A stretch of DNA of 49,084 bases, filler included, from Sphacelaria rigidula (Eukaryota): NCBI GenBank assembly GCA_964200075.2. It is 3 parts of 3 records of this genome, joined end to end, with 100 filler letters (N's around TTAATTAATTAA, not from the genome) between each part and the next. Parts side by side here need not be neighbours in the genome. Positions count along the whole stretch, not along the records: positions 1 to 16,296 come from CAXNAA020001405.1; 2 more parts are not named here. One strand, given 5' to 3'. The notes beneath the pieces are model-generated. The model worked only from the letters and a program-made list of their open reading frames with translations. It was not told the origin of the DNA and made no database searches. How positions within the stretch are numbered: the stretch's first letter is position 1; each line of letters begins with the position of its first letter. The position numbers were made by a program, and so were the translations under genes. Below, piece by piece: positions 1-12,600 of the stretch.

Positions 1-42
1 CCACCCGTATATCTCCAGATGTTCTTCCTCGTCTGCGTTACC
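1..42 (-). mobile_element. 5'-truncated end of a LINE copy (same family as 3298-7231)
   Basis: tatatctccagatgttcttcctcgtct matches 3832-3858 (tatatcttcaggtgttcttcctcgtct); it abuts a G-run at 43-58. Confidence 0.6.
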
Positions 43-469
43 AGGGGGGGGGGGGGGAGAGGGGTGCAAGGCAGGTGAGGGAATATTCTACCGTGCAACC
101 TTGGTACGGTTGTAGAATTCACATTTCACAGTACTGATGAGCGTATACTGGGACATACAAACGCTCCTCTCCAACACTAGCCCGCCCTGATATGTGATAC
201 TTAACGCCGGTGTTCGCATGGCACGCATCCGGGGCTGAATTTTTCCTCCTTAGACAGTCCTCATTTTTACAGTAGGAAAGGACGGGTTGATCCGCTGATA
301 TGAAAGTGAAAAGCCCTCTGCTGCCCCTTTTTTCGCCGCGGGTACTGCTTCTGCTCGATCGGTAATGATGACCACGTACATTGAGGTGCAGCGAATCTTT
401 CTACTCGCTGAAGAGAAGCAAAGGCAAGACAAAAAGAAAGTTATTTCCCATTTGTTTTTGTTTGCTCAC

Positions 470-643
470 CGATGTGGAGGATGGCACGGTGAGCGGAATG
501 TACCCCGAGGTGCCCGAGGCCGACAGGGATAGTCCCGTGATATCGCCAACGACGTTGTCCACTGTGGCTGTCAATAAGGCTCCGGAGTAATCAAGCTCCT
601 CGTGAAGGGTGAACTCGGAGCACATGTCGTCAAACTTGACAGA
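470..643 (-). CDS. Agd3-like gene exon (SVKFDDMCSEF...YIPLTVPSSTS), C-terminal beta-rich region
   Basis: gtgcag|TCT acceptor, TCG|gtgagc donor, 174 nt, phase 0-0; the donor implies another exon downstream. Confidence 0.85.
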
Positions 644-3600
644 CTGCACAGTAAAGATCCGGCAAAGATTCCGGGAGAAGCATGGCCGGTATAGCGGTGG
701 ATGTGGAGGTAGTGACATCGCGTCGAGGAAATGAAGGCAAGAAACAATATGATGTAAATACGAAAATCGACGGAGGGGAGGGTGTTGCGGGTTGTGGGGT
801 GGGCGGGGTCATAGAAGGGCTTAGAGTCACGCAGTGTGTTTTGATCGATGTTTTATTGCATGCTGAACAAAAACATTTATTTTACAATCATTTCCACATG
901 ATTGCAGGAGAGATGTATCTTTGGGGGGTATGGCCAAGGAGTTTAGAGTTTTCGCCGAATCAAGCACGAAGCGCTGTGATGTGTTCAACGAGTCGCACAA
1001 AGCGTGAGCTGCATCCTGTTAATATTGTTCGGCCCGAAGCGTATTGATTATCTTGCATATGGATGGCAGCCTATAATGAACTGCTTTATTTCCTGCCTTT
1101 ACATTATATCGCCACTTTCAGGGGCAGCCATGGCTTATACGCTGCCTCATGGGTGTCTCCCCATGAAGCCTGGTTGGGGGGAGGAGGGGGCGCGTAAGCA
1201 ACTGCGTACGTCCAGTATCGACCGTTGTGTCTACTGCAACAGACAAGAGATTCCATACTGTCTGTGCGCAATACTTTTTTACGATGTAATATCGTTGTCC
1301 AGGGTGTGCGAGATAGACCTACGTTCCCAAATGCATATACTCGGAAAACTTCGCTGAAGAAGAAAGCTTTAGGAAGAGGAAATAAAAATAGGAAGGAGCG
1401 GAAAGGAACTGAAGGAGAGAAGAACAAAAAAACAGGAGTGAAGCAAGCCTGAGATCTTGTACCAGTCCCAGGGGAAAAGAAACGACAAGGCCCAGCCGCG
1501 TGGCTCCAAGCGGGTGCCACAGGAAAACCACCAAAAGGAAAAATCCCGTGGATGGAGGTTCCTATCCGACTACTTGCGAACTAGACAGCAGTAAGCGTCC
1601 ATCTAAACAAGCAACCCATCACGCCTTTACTATCTACTTCTCGTGAGCAAAATGGGACGCCTGGTGCGGATTGCCAATCCACTCCCTCGAGCCCCACGGC
1701 TCAAAACTGGTCGTTGTTCACGGGGGGAAACGGCTACCTAATCACACAAAGGTTTTGGCCATTTTCGGTGGCCGCAATTGGCCATCGTTTTAACAAGGAC
1801 AAATGGTCGTTCACTTACGGTGACGGGGAAGGCGATATACTGGCTCAACATGGCCATGATCTCCTCATACCAGTGCCCTAAAAGCGAGCCCCCCGACAGG
1901 TTGGTCGGAACCACGTTTGCCTGGTGGAACATGTACTTGTCCCTGCCGACCGCACGGATTCACACGATGACGGCAAACAAATGAAACGAGACAGGGGACC
2001 AGGGTCGGGGATTGTTCGGCACAAGGTGTGCTTGAAAGTAGGGGACGAAGCACAAAGGCACCCGTACTGTGTGCACAGCCAGAATTTGCCGTGCATAATA
2101 AACTGCGCAAAGGTAAACAAAACAATGAACGAAGCATTGACAAACAACAAGGATACGGATCGGACAACACGCTCGAGAAGTAGCCGGAGGAAACGACGAT
2201 CTTTGCCGAGGGCAACGCGCGGCAATTAGTGCAGGATTGAGACAGCAGACCAGCACCCCCCGGTCGTACCGTGGCGTATCACTATGCAGAACAAGGAGAA
2301 TGCGGACTGGTGAACGATTGAAAAGCGTAAACAACGTCAGCAACGTCCAGTACCAGCTACGGGCGCGTGCACAAGACGAAAAACACATTCCTCGCGAAAT
2401 TATATGTGCGTGTACATCGTGATGCTATAAGAAAGACAACGATCAACCGGGAAAACGATCAGGTCGATACAGGAGGAGGCGCAATCACTGATCACACGGA
2501 AAATATTTCACAAGAAAAAAACGTCGGTACGTAGTGAAAACTAGGCAGCGATTTTGAACGGAACCCCCCCGCCCCCCCGGAAAACGCGTGGCATGATAAC
2601 ATGTGAAAAATGAGCTTTGTTCGCGCGCGCGCGTGCACGCCACACCCACCCGTGGGCTAACGAAAATGACATCATCAAACACAGAACATAAAAAAACAAA
2701 TCATACCCGCCACCGAAAAACAACGTCGGCCTTGATGCATACACTATCGTGCGCTGTCGCCTCAGCAACCTCCCAATCGATCAGCTTCATCGGCGACTGT
2801 CTCACACCAAAGATCTTCATCGAGCACCTTCCTCGAACAGGTGCTACTTACCCCTCTGGTTAATCTTGCTACTATCGCACGTACCCCGCGCAAGGCATTC
2901 TAAATGGTTTTACATCCGGCCGGATTGGGACAGACGTGAGATGAGCACTGCACAAGCCTGACATGAGTCAACTCATTGGTGTTAGCCCCGATTCACCCCG
3001 ATTTTTGGATCTGCGACCGTCCGGCGCACACCGCGAGTCAAAACCTTGTGGCAACTGTTGAGATGCATATGTTCCATGATAAACGTCCTCGGCATTGACC
3101 ATCTTTATGCTATTGCTGGTAAATACCTGCGACCCATGAGAATCTGGCGAGTGGCGGTTTTAGCCTCCTGCTCGAACAAAGCCTCGATGCTGCCGAAGGA
3201 CTGGATGTCGTCTCCACAGCTGGAACACGACTGCAATAAAGCGTGGTTGGCAGGGAAATAAATTTAATGATACCGTGTGGTTGTCACCAGGAGGGGGCGG
3301 GGGGTGTACTTATTTGTTGCTTGATTTAGTCGTTTGACCATTGACCACGCATCCCTTTCGAGATAAACCAGCGTTTCTACTCCTAATAGAGACACCTCCA
3401 ACATTCCGGTTCTCATTGAGTTTCTTCCATACTTCACACAAAAACCTCTTACATATCTTATACCCGTCCTGGTTCGCCGTCTCTGGCCACCATCCATCTC
3501 CTAATATAGCCATCGTTTTTTCTCTACGGTCTACTGTATCGAACGATTTCATGCCACCTTCGTTCACACCTCGCATTCTACCGCTCTAGCACGTCCCATT

Positions 3601-6600
3601 CCTCCTTGCATTGCTCACATTCTGCTACTACATGAGCTTTTCTCTCCATTGCTTTGCAACAGGGGTAGTTCTGCCCATCTATTTCCTCCTCCTCTCGACG
3701 GCTGGTGAATATCTTCCTTTTTTGTGGCAGGTCCAGGTCCCCACCCGAAATCGCAGTTTCGTATTTTTCGCAGCGTCCATTGGATCATGTAAATATACGT
3801 TCATCTCTGTCCCCTTTCTCAAATCCCTCCCTATATCTTCAGGTGTTCTTCCTCGTCTACTTTGCGTCTGAGCGCTCCTTTTCTCCTTATTCCGATCATG
3901 TCTCTTACGTCCGTCTTGTACCCCGCGCCTTCACCTATGGACAGCATTTCGTCTTGGTTTCCTCCTGTCTCCTTCGACACTTCCTCGTCTTCTCTATCTC
4001 ACCTCATTCCAGAATGCCCTTTCAAACTTCTCTTCCATACAGCCCTATCAACTATTGCTGGCAATTTCTGCCTTTGCACGTTCTTTACGCTATATTGCCA
4101 TCGCATCATCGCATATTTCTCATGTCTCTGTTCGTTTTCAGTGAGTACATTCCCAACTCTGCTCTCAAAACTATATTACTCGTCGTTTCCGAGCATCCCA
4201 ATATTTTCTGAGCTGCTGCCATCTGTACTGTTTCCAACTTTTTTACCAACTTCACGTTCCCCTCCCATGCTTCTCCTGCATATTCCGGCTATGGTTGAAT
4301 CACGTTCATCAGGATAAATCTCCGAATCCTAGTGCCTAGGTGCGAATCTCTGAGGATCACGTCCAAGTTGCCTATCTGTGCCTTACCCTTTTCTATTACT
4401 TTGTTCATGTGTGCATCCAAAGAACAGTTTCTTGAGATCTCTACGCCAAGGTGTTTATACTGGTCTACGATCGGCACTTTCTTTTCTCCCCACTTCCATT
4501 TGGACTCTACCTGATTTTGCTTATCTTCGTTACAGACGAGTACCGCGCNNNNNNNNNNGTTGACGTTCGCTGTCACTCTCCACTTCCTAGTGCATTCTAG
4601 CGTCTTGTCTATTTGTGTCTGTAATCCTTGTGGTCTTCCTGAAATCCCCACAAAATCGTCCGCGAACATCAATCCTGATACCATATCTTCACCCACCTTG
4701 ACCTGTTGCTTTGCTGCTTCTATTGCTATTATCAGGTCTTGAATAAATAAGTTGAATAGAGTGGGTGATAATGGATATCCTTGCGCAACTCCTTGTAAGA
4801 TATCGAAATATTTCAATATTTCCCCGTCTAGCATCATGGCCCCTTTGGCACATTCTGTCATCTTCACCATTTCCAGTATATTTTCTCTTATCCCAGCTTC
4901 CCACAACGTTTTCCACAACCCATGTCTTTTTACTGTGCCATAAGCCTTTTGGACGTCCAGATTAGTACAGTACGCTGTCAGCCCGTTGTCTTTCCTACCT
5001 TGAACAATCTGACTCAGTGTGTACACGTGGTCTACGCAACTACGGTGTGGTCTAAAACCTGCTTGTGCCTCGCTGATTTTCTCCTCATTTTCTAGCATTG
5101 TTCCTACTCTTTCGTTCAGAATCTTACAGAATGTTTTCTCTACCGTGTTCCCTTTATCATTCCCTGGGTCAGCCTTTCAATCTTTTTTTTAAAAGGTTGA
5201 CGACTACTCCTTCTTTCTCAGATCCAGTTATATAGCATAACCATCATGGTGATCATTCCCTTTCCCCGTACTTGAGAAATCCATTCACTACTCCGTCTCC
5301 TCCTGCTGCCGTTCCGTTCTTGAGTTGTGCTACCCACTCCTTTACTCCATCTCCAGTAAACTCTCTCTGCAATTTTTTCGAGCCATTATCCTCCCGTTGA
5401 GACGTCGCTACATTTGCCTCTGCCCATGTGTTGATTTCTTTCTCGAATTCCGTGTCAAACTTCGTGGATATGTTTTGGTGTTACTAATTTACGGTAGTGC
5501 TCGACTAGCACTCCTCTCTTCCCCTTCGAATTGCCGAACATTTTATCGTTCTGTGCCCGGCGTGTGGCTATCCCGTTGTCTATCTTTCCTGCCTGGTTTC
5601 CCGTCATCCATTTCATCCCTACCCATGTGTGTTTCATACCGACATCGAAGTATTGACTTGTTTTATTCAACACATCCTCTCGTACTCCCTTATTTTCCAC
5701 TCTCAACCGCCTTTTGAACTTCCTTTCGAGCTTTAGTATACTCCTCCCATCCTACCGTACTTTTACTCGATATGCATCTCGCGTGAGCCTCTCTCCTTAC
5801 TATAGCCTCTTTTATTTCCTCATCCCACCATTTTACTGCTCTATTACATACGATCAGCTTCCCCCCCCCATGGCTTTACTTCATGTGCTCTTGATCAGCT
5901 GCTCCCACCCTTCTACAATCTTCGCTCCTGCTCGACTTCTCTTCATTTCGGTATCAGCTGTTTCTACGCGTCCCAACAGCTCGGAAACTTTCACTTGAGT
6001 TTTGGCCATCACTTCTTGGAAATCTTGCTGTTTTTGTTCCATACTTAGTTTATCGGTTCTCCATTTGTACAACTACCTACCCCGCCTATTTATTTTAGCT
6101 CTCGTCTATAGGCTTTCTGTCCATATTAGGCAGTGATCTGTAGTTCCCACGTCCTCCGCGCATACACGTACCTGCACGTCTTTACTATTTCCATGCCCGA
6201 CCACTAAATAGTCAAGAACGCAGCGTTGTATCTCGTCTTCGCATTTTTTAGCCCATGTCCATCGCGCCTTTGGTTTTTGTGCTCTATGATTCAGCGTCTT
6301 CATCTCGGTATGCTCAAGGAACCCCAGCATTTTTACCCCATTCGTGTTCTTCTTATCTTCCCCGTATTGCCCAATGATACCTTCCGGTTGACCTGCTTTT
6401 CCAACCCTTGCACTGAAATATCTCACTAACATTACTTCTCCTTGCCTTTTATACCTATATACATCTGCTGCTTTCTCTCCACCCCTCCGCTCTATATCGT
6501 TCCCCCTATTCTTTGATTCTGCGGGAATATAGATGTTGCCCACGAAGAAGTCCTTGGTTCCCCACTCTCCCGGTAAACTGTGCTCTCGTCGACTTTCGTG

Positions 6601-9600
6601 ACGTCGATCACTTCTATAATGTCGCACAGGTATTCCTTGCCCAAGAATCGTATTTCCCCCGCTCCCCTGCTATTAGGGTTTTGTCCCTTCCACTTTTTCC
6701 TTATCCATGCGTACATTCAACTTCGCGTCCGATTTCTGCCCCTCTTTCTCCCATGACTCTTGGATTCCTACTATATTTAGGTCGTGTCCACTCACTTGTC
6801 GCGCTATCTCTATTCTTTTGCGCTTGTACGTGGCGAATGCACACACGTTCCACGATCCTATTCTCAACTTCCTTCCCGAGTCATTATCTGCTCTCGTGTT
6901 GTCTGCTGTTGTCTTTCCGTCACGTTCACTTCCACTTTCTCTTGCTTGATTGTTCTTCCCGTTCCCGGGTTGGTCTTTGCCCATTTGCATCGGACCGCTA
7001 TGTTCCCTCCCCTTCCTCTTCCGGGCACTTACCTGTTCCTGCCTCTCTTTCCCTCCGTTTACCCATGCACTACGTCTGGGTTTTGTTGTCCAATTTGCTA
7101 TGTATACTCTCCATCCTACACTTCTAATCCATGCCAACACCTTGGTTGTCTTTATCCTTTCCCACTCCTCGCTCGCGCTCTGTTTTCGCGTGATTCGGAA
7201 CTGTTTCCCTCCCCCGTCTCTCCCTCGCGTGGGAGGGGGGATTGATGTTCTCTGGATGAAGTAGCATAAAATATCGCAATCTCCAGGAACTCTCCGACAC
7301 TCAACTGGCGTTGCCCTCATGAGTACTTCGATCGACGGTCGTTTCGTGTACGTCCGTGGTGCCTTCCTCTTTTCAACCTCTCGACCATGAGGGTAGTCCA
7401 TCTGGACTCATGTATACGTTTTCCAAAATGACACTGAAGCTGATACAACGGATGATCTATGCTCGCCGTCAAGGGATTGAGGTCGCATGTTGGAGGCTAT
7501 ATCGAGGTTTATCACGCTTGATATTTCGTTTGCTTCCAAGTGAATTACATCAGTTTTTCTCCACTGTACAGCAGGGTCCTCGTGAAGCAACTGTGGAAGG
7601 TCATTAATCTCACCCCTTTGTCCTGGGAGGGGTCGAGGTTGGAGCAGCCGCACACGATTCGTCGGATGTACTCGTTCTCGTTCACCAGGCACTGTTGGGT
7701 TGTTTCATTGTTGGCGGGGAGGGTGGCACGGGAGGGGGGAGACAGTTGAAACAAAGTTATGGAAAAGCAACTCGAAACAAGACTAAAACCAAGAGATTCC
7801 GCTGTCAACACAACATGGAGACAAACCCGGGGCTACACAAGAGGAAGGCCAACACAGGATTTTGTCTTCTCATTTTATTTTGTTCCGGATCTCCTACTTC
7901 CTTATGGGGCAATATTTTTTTAACGCGAGAGGGGCTTAGCAGTCACTTTCCCTCGTCGACCGTGAAGTCAAATTCCGTATACCCACGGGATGGATGGTCG
8001 CTCCTCAATATTGGCCACGATGCGAAAAAAAACCCGAGGTCGTTTGATTTCACCGAGACCCGAACCCACGACCCAACCGTCAGAAAGTTTCGAGGTTACC
8101 AACTGAGCCACCGGGGCGGCCAGTTTGCATACACAGACGGGAATATAATATACTACGCCCCATCGCGGTACAGATGGTTGGGCGCGAAATTTCGAGCGAG
8201 TATATCTGCATTGGGCATATTTGCATGCGCGGTAGTCGGGAAAACGCGAAGTCTCCTTGTTCAGTGCCCCACGCAGGCGACAGGTAAGCAATCCAAATAC
8301 AGCCCCGGTCTTCTAAGGAAAGAGTCTGATCGTCGAGAAAGGGAACCTGCAAATAGGTTATCTCTGCGACAAAATAGGCCCAGTCCGCCGCGTAAAAGGC
8401 CTGGGATTCACACGCCTAACCGTGGAGTATTTCGAGCTATTTTTTTTATCGTTTTGGATAGGTCCATGCACCATACCAATATTGTCTCTGTCTAAATCTC
8501 ACCACGCTATATTTTTGCCAGGATCAATGTTGTACACGAGTACAGTGGCGACGATGGAATTTGACGGGCTGTGGAAGCGCTGGTCCGACGGTCGATGACA
8601 AATGTGTAAGACTGGTATGTGTACTGGGGCAGAGGTGAGGCGACCCCTGGAGACAGCAGAGTCGTCCCGAGCAGGTAGAGGTTTAGCTAACACACAACGG
8701 CATCGATCCGCGGATGCCGCATTTCACGAACTTTCACGTCACCCGTCACGTGTTACTGTCGGGTGTCCAGCGTTGAACAAATATTTGAAAAAAAAACAAG
8801 AAAAGCTAGCAGACACTGTGAAGTACCCTCTTCCCTTTCCCACAATATTTGCAGGCGAAAATAAGTGGGGGTGTTACGCTACGATAGGGGCCGCAAATAT
8901 GTTTTGGCCATTTCTTCCACGAAATTACACTTTAAATCTTCATTGAAAGCAGCAACAGTCAGTTGCTCGACCGCGTTTATCATACTACTCGACACCGTTT
9001 CTACCCAGATACAAACACAACACGAGTGTATTTGGTCGTGTGACACACCTATCAGCCCTTTTTTTCGCGGAATTGAACACCCGCCTTTCCCACGATATCG
9101 GGGCACGATTGAGTGATGGAGGATGCTCATGGGTATCCCTCAAGGGCGATAGCCCTCGGAGCGGAAAGATCATTTTTTCAAGCAGCAGTGGAAGGGTTGA
9201 AGACCGCATGTCTACATCCAGATACAAGACTCAGTCACTGATGATAATTACCGACATATCTACAAAAACGGATAATTATGTGAGACAGGAGGGCTTCAAT
9301 AACTCACGTCGCCGTCCACGCAGTTGAAGTACACGAAGGAGGCCCAGCGAGGTACAATCTGGAATCCAGCAGCGCCTGTTTTTTTTTTTTTTCACGCAAG
9401 TGATCGCAGCGTGCAAATTCGTGTGGCGGAATGAGGCAACTACATCACCGCAAACATGAAAACTAAACATACAGGACATGCACGGAGACGTTTGTCGCAT
9501 GCCTGTGAATCCACTCCTATTTAAAATTCTCGCCAGTTTGCCGCAACAGATGGCGTTATAAAACCAACAACCACATACACACGCGCGCGCGCGCGTGCAT

Positions 9601-12600
9601 GCTCTCACACTCACCAAGTTGATTGGCCTCATTGCAGGTTTCCCATCAAATGTGGTGACGCAAAAACACAAAACCGGGAGGGAAGGGTCATACCTTGTGC
9701 ATTGTACTGCAACGTGGTCGCACTAACATACTTTGTTGGAATAACTCGTGTTCTGTAGCGCTGTCCTTGCGACAGGCTGACTAGCGTTCAGCGTACAGTA
9801 GTATGGCAGAGGTTACACCGTGGATGTTACAGTAGCCAGCGTCAGAAGTATGCAGAATTCGTAATTTCTTAGTTTCTCAAAGATTATCCAAATTTGTTTC
9901 GCTTACCACCGCTCATCACAGTGACTGTTGGGTGCCAAAAAATGGTCATCTGGAGATATTTTTAACCTCTTGACAATTATTGAAAGAGAATATATCTGCG
10001 ATCAATATCGAGTGACTTACGGGCTTGACCGATCTTCAGGGGTCCTGCGAATGTTCAACCCCAGGTTCTAGCTTTTCGGTATTTTCGGTGGACCGACTCG
10101 ATCTCGATCATGTAGGCTCAAAAATGATTATTTTTTGGAAATTCTACCTTTTCACTGCGCTAAAGCCGCAAAACTATGTTTCTTGGACCATTCACGGTCA
10201 ATAACGCCCTGCTGATAAACGGAGTCTTTACTCCGTATCGCCCCCACAACACCAACTTGGGCATTGTGGTTTGAGCACGGTCTGCTTATTTGTCGAAACT
10301 ATCGACGCTAGGACTTTCGAGTGCTCATGGAAAATGTTGTGCGGAAAAAAACGAAATGCTTGACTGAGGTCTCTGCAGTATAGGAGGGAAACACAATCTC
10401 GACCGTTATTGTAAAGAATGGTATTCGTATTCGTTTATCTGGCTATTTACCGTTTCGTTGCGAAAGAGCCGGAAAACTGTTTTTATTGGACCAAAAACGG
10501 TCAATAACACCCTCCTGATAAACGGGGTATCTAGTCCGCTTCGCTCCGAAAACACCAACTTGGGCACTGCAGTTTGAGCGCGGCCTACGCTTTCCCCTGA
10601 ATCTAATGACGCTGGCACTTTCAAGTAGTAATGAAGAATAATATCCGAGAAAAACTCATTAACTACAACAACTACGAATTCTGAAAACTTCTGATGCTGA
10701 CTACTATCGACCACTGCTTCTGCAGCTCAAAGAAAGAATCAGTGAGACAGATGGTTGATTGGGCTCTTCATCCGGCCAAGACAAACCAGAACGCACAGTC
10801 TCTCTTCGAAGCAGAGAACTGAAGGTGAAGAAAGAGAGAGATTGCAAGGACGGCAGAGGCTACCGATTCCAAGCATACCCAATCCTGGAACAAAAAGCAC
10901 AGACCTCTACACGAAAATAGGCTAGAACGCATCCTCAACACTGAAGTGTTGGTTTGCCAGCTCACAGATTGGATTCTTCCTTAACCCACGCGAATACAGT
11001 ACGATACTCACGAGCAATGGCAGCACACTGTCGTATCCTACGAGCTTACGTGGCTAAGCTTGGCGAGATATCTGACTTCAGGAATCCACATGAAACGATA
11101 CTTGTATCCAGTGTCCAGGGTCATTGTTGGGGTTGAGACCCCTTTCGAACCGGAACCTATTGTGCCGCTAATTTTCTACCGAGTTGACAGCCCACACAGA
11201 AACGGACAGCTGAATTACTGGCTGTATAAACTTGCAAAATACTTGACCCCAACACGTGTTAGCGGCCCGACGAGGATAGAGATCATAAAAAAATGACGAA
11301 AGCAGATCTTCTGCAGCCGTACAACTTCGAGTGCGTCGCACGCTGTGATCGATCACCTAGGCACTTCCATCATTTTACACCACGCCGGGCCCCTGAACAC
11401 GACCAGGCGGCGATACCCGATGTTGGACACTTCAAACAAGAGTAATGGCACCCGAGTTCTTGCTCCATTGTACCGAAAGTTTCGTGGGCGCGCGGCTGAG
11501 ATAAAGGCAAGAGCAACGGCGCCGTTTGAAAGCCATGACCAACACAGAGTTGTTGGGAGAGTATCCACAAAAAATATGTGGGATTTCCACGCCGTTAAAA
11601 CTGTTCATACCTCGGATTATCCGCTCAAGATTTAACAGTTGAGTTCTGATCTCTTGAGGGGAGGAGCGCATCGACCGATCAAAGGGCATAGGCAGTGGTG
11701 TTTTCTGTCTTGTTTTCCGGAGATAAAGGCGAACCATATATTTTTTTCAGACATTCATAAGAACCACGTAACTCCATAGACTTTCAAATATTTTGGTCCT
11801 GACTCTCCAAGCTCGAGTGAACAATCGCCGGATACACTTTGTTCGGTCTAGTACGCGGCCCAGTCTGTAGGATGCCTCGTCAACGCATTATCATGGTGCC
11901 CACAATGCAATGGTGACGAGAATTGGCAGCCGAAGATGTCGGTGTGATCGATGCACACCTCTCATCATGGTGCTATGACGGGGAGTAGAAGAAAGAGGAG
12001 GGGGGCGGGGGTGATCATCCTATCGAGATCGACAAGGTATTGTATATGTATATATATATATATATATACACGGGCCGTGCGCGAGCAACTGTAGAGTTGC
12101 ACAGGGCCAATGTCCAAAGTGCACCAACTCTGCAGATTTGTAGTGCCTAAAGTGATGTTTAGGTTTAGATTTCTCAAGAGATAACGCCTTTCATTGGGAT
12201 AAAATGCACCACGAGCATTCTCGAGGGGTCAGGATTAAAAACCCCGAAGCTGCTTATCGCAGCTTTCCCTCGCTCTCTTCTTCCCTGCAGGATACGGGGG
12301 GCAGGCAGGAGAGTAGTGGAACACATCGGGGTGATGACGTTGCAGTCGAGCCTGTGCGAAAATCTCATTCATTATGGTTCCTACACGCATGTTGTTGCGT
12401 TGTTCAAGTCTCAACCCCCAGTTCCTACTCCCTCACCATTGGTTTCGGTTGTGGTTCTGATGGAGTGGAACTGGTTCTCCGTAGACACCAAGCTGACCGT
12501 TGTCTGTACGCCGTCGTACGTGTTGTCGCCGGGGCCGCATGCGTTGAGGTTGGCCATGGCGGACGTGAGGCAGTACTGGTTGAAGAGACCAGTGATGCCC

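Larger units (their letters stand above)
3298..7231 (-). mobile_element. Near full-length degenerate non-LTR retrotransposon (APE endonuclease + RT + C-terminal Cys/His domain), intronic
   Basis: APE motifs IGSWNV, IVGIQESW, VGNIYIP, LDYLVV, TDHCLI; RT motifs QAGFR, LDVQKAY, GVAQGYPLSPTLFN, MFADD; C-terminal PC..A.E...HVVAEC. Many stops and frameshifts. Stop codon at 3310-3312 directly before a C-rich tail. Possible GGAGGGGG duplication at 3290-3297 and 7232-7239. The 5' boundary is uncertain. Confidence 0.93.

Noticed and set aside
268-407. Possible final exon of the Agd3-like gene (tcttcag acceptor at 408)
   Set aside because: It would need a 62-nt intron versus 465-4383 nt for the others, and the in-frame peptide (RVERFAAPQ...) shows no Agd3-like features; the true exon is probably outside the window.
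1062-1786. Possible intronic repeat element with short gatggc/gccatc termini
   Set aside because: Only a 6-bp inverted match, no TSD and no second copy in the window.
3705-7245. Plus-strand ORFs overlapping the LINE (similarly over the copia and gypsy elements)
   Set aside because: Antisense shadows of minus-strand TE coding sequence, low complexity and without motifs.
8047-8121. tRNA gene
   Set aside because: A and B boxes are present but the acceptor stem cannot pair and a non-tRNA body follows; interpreted as a SINE head.
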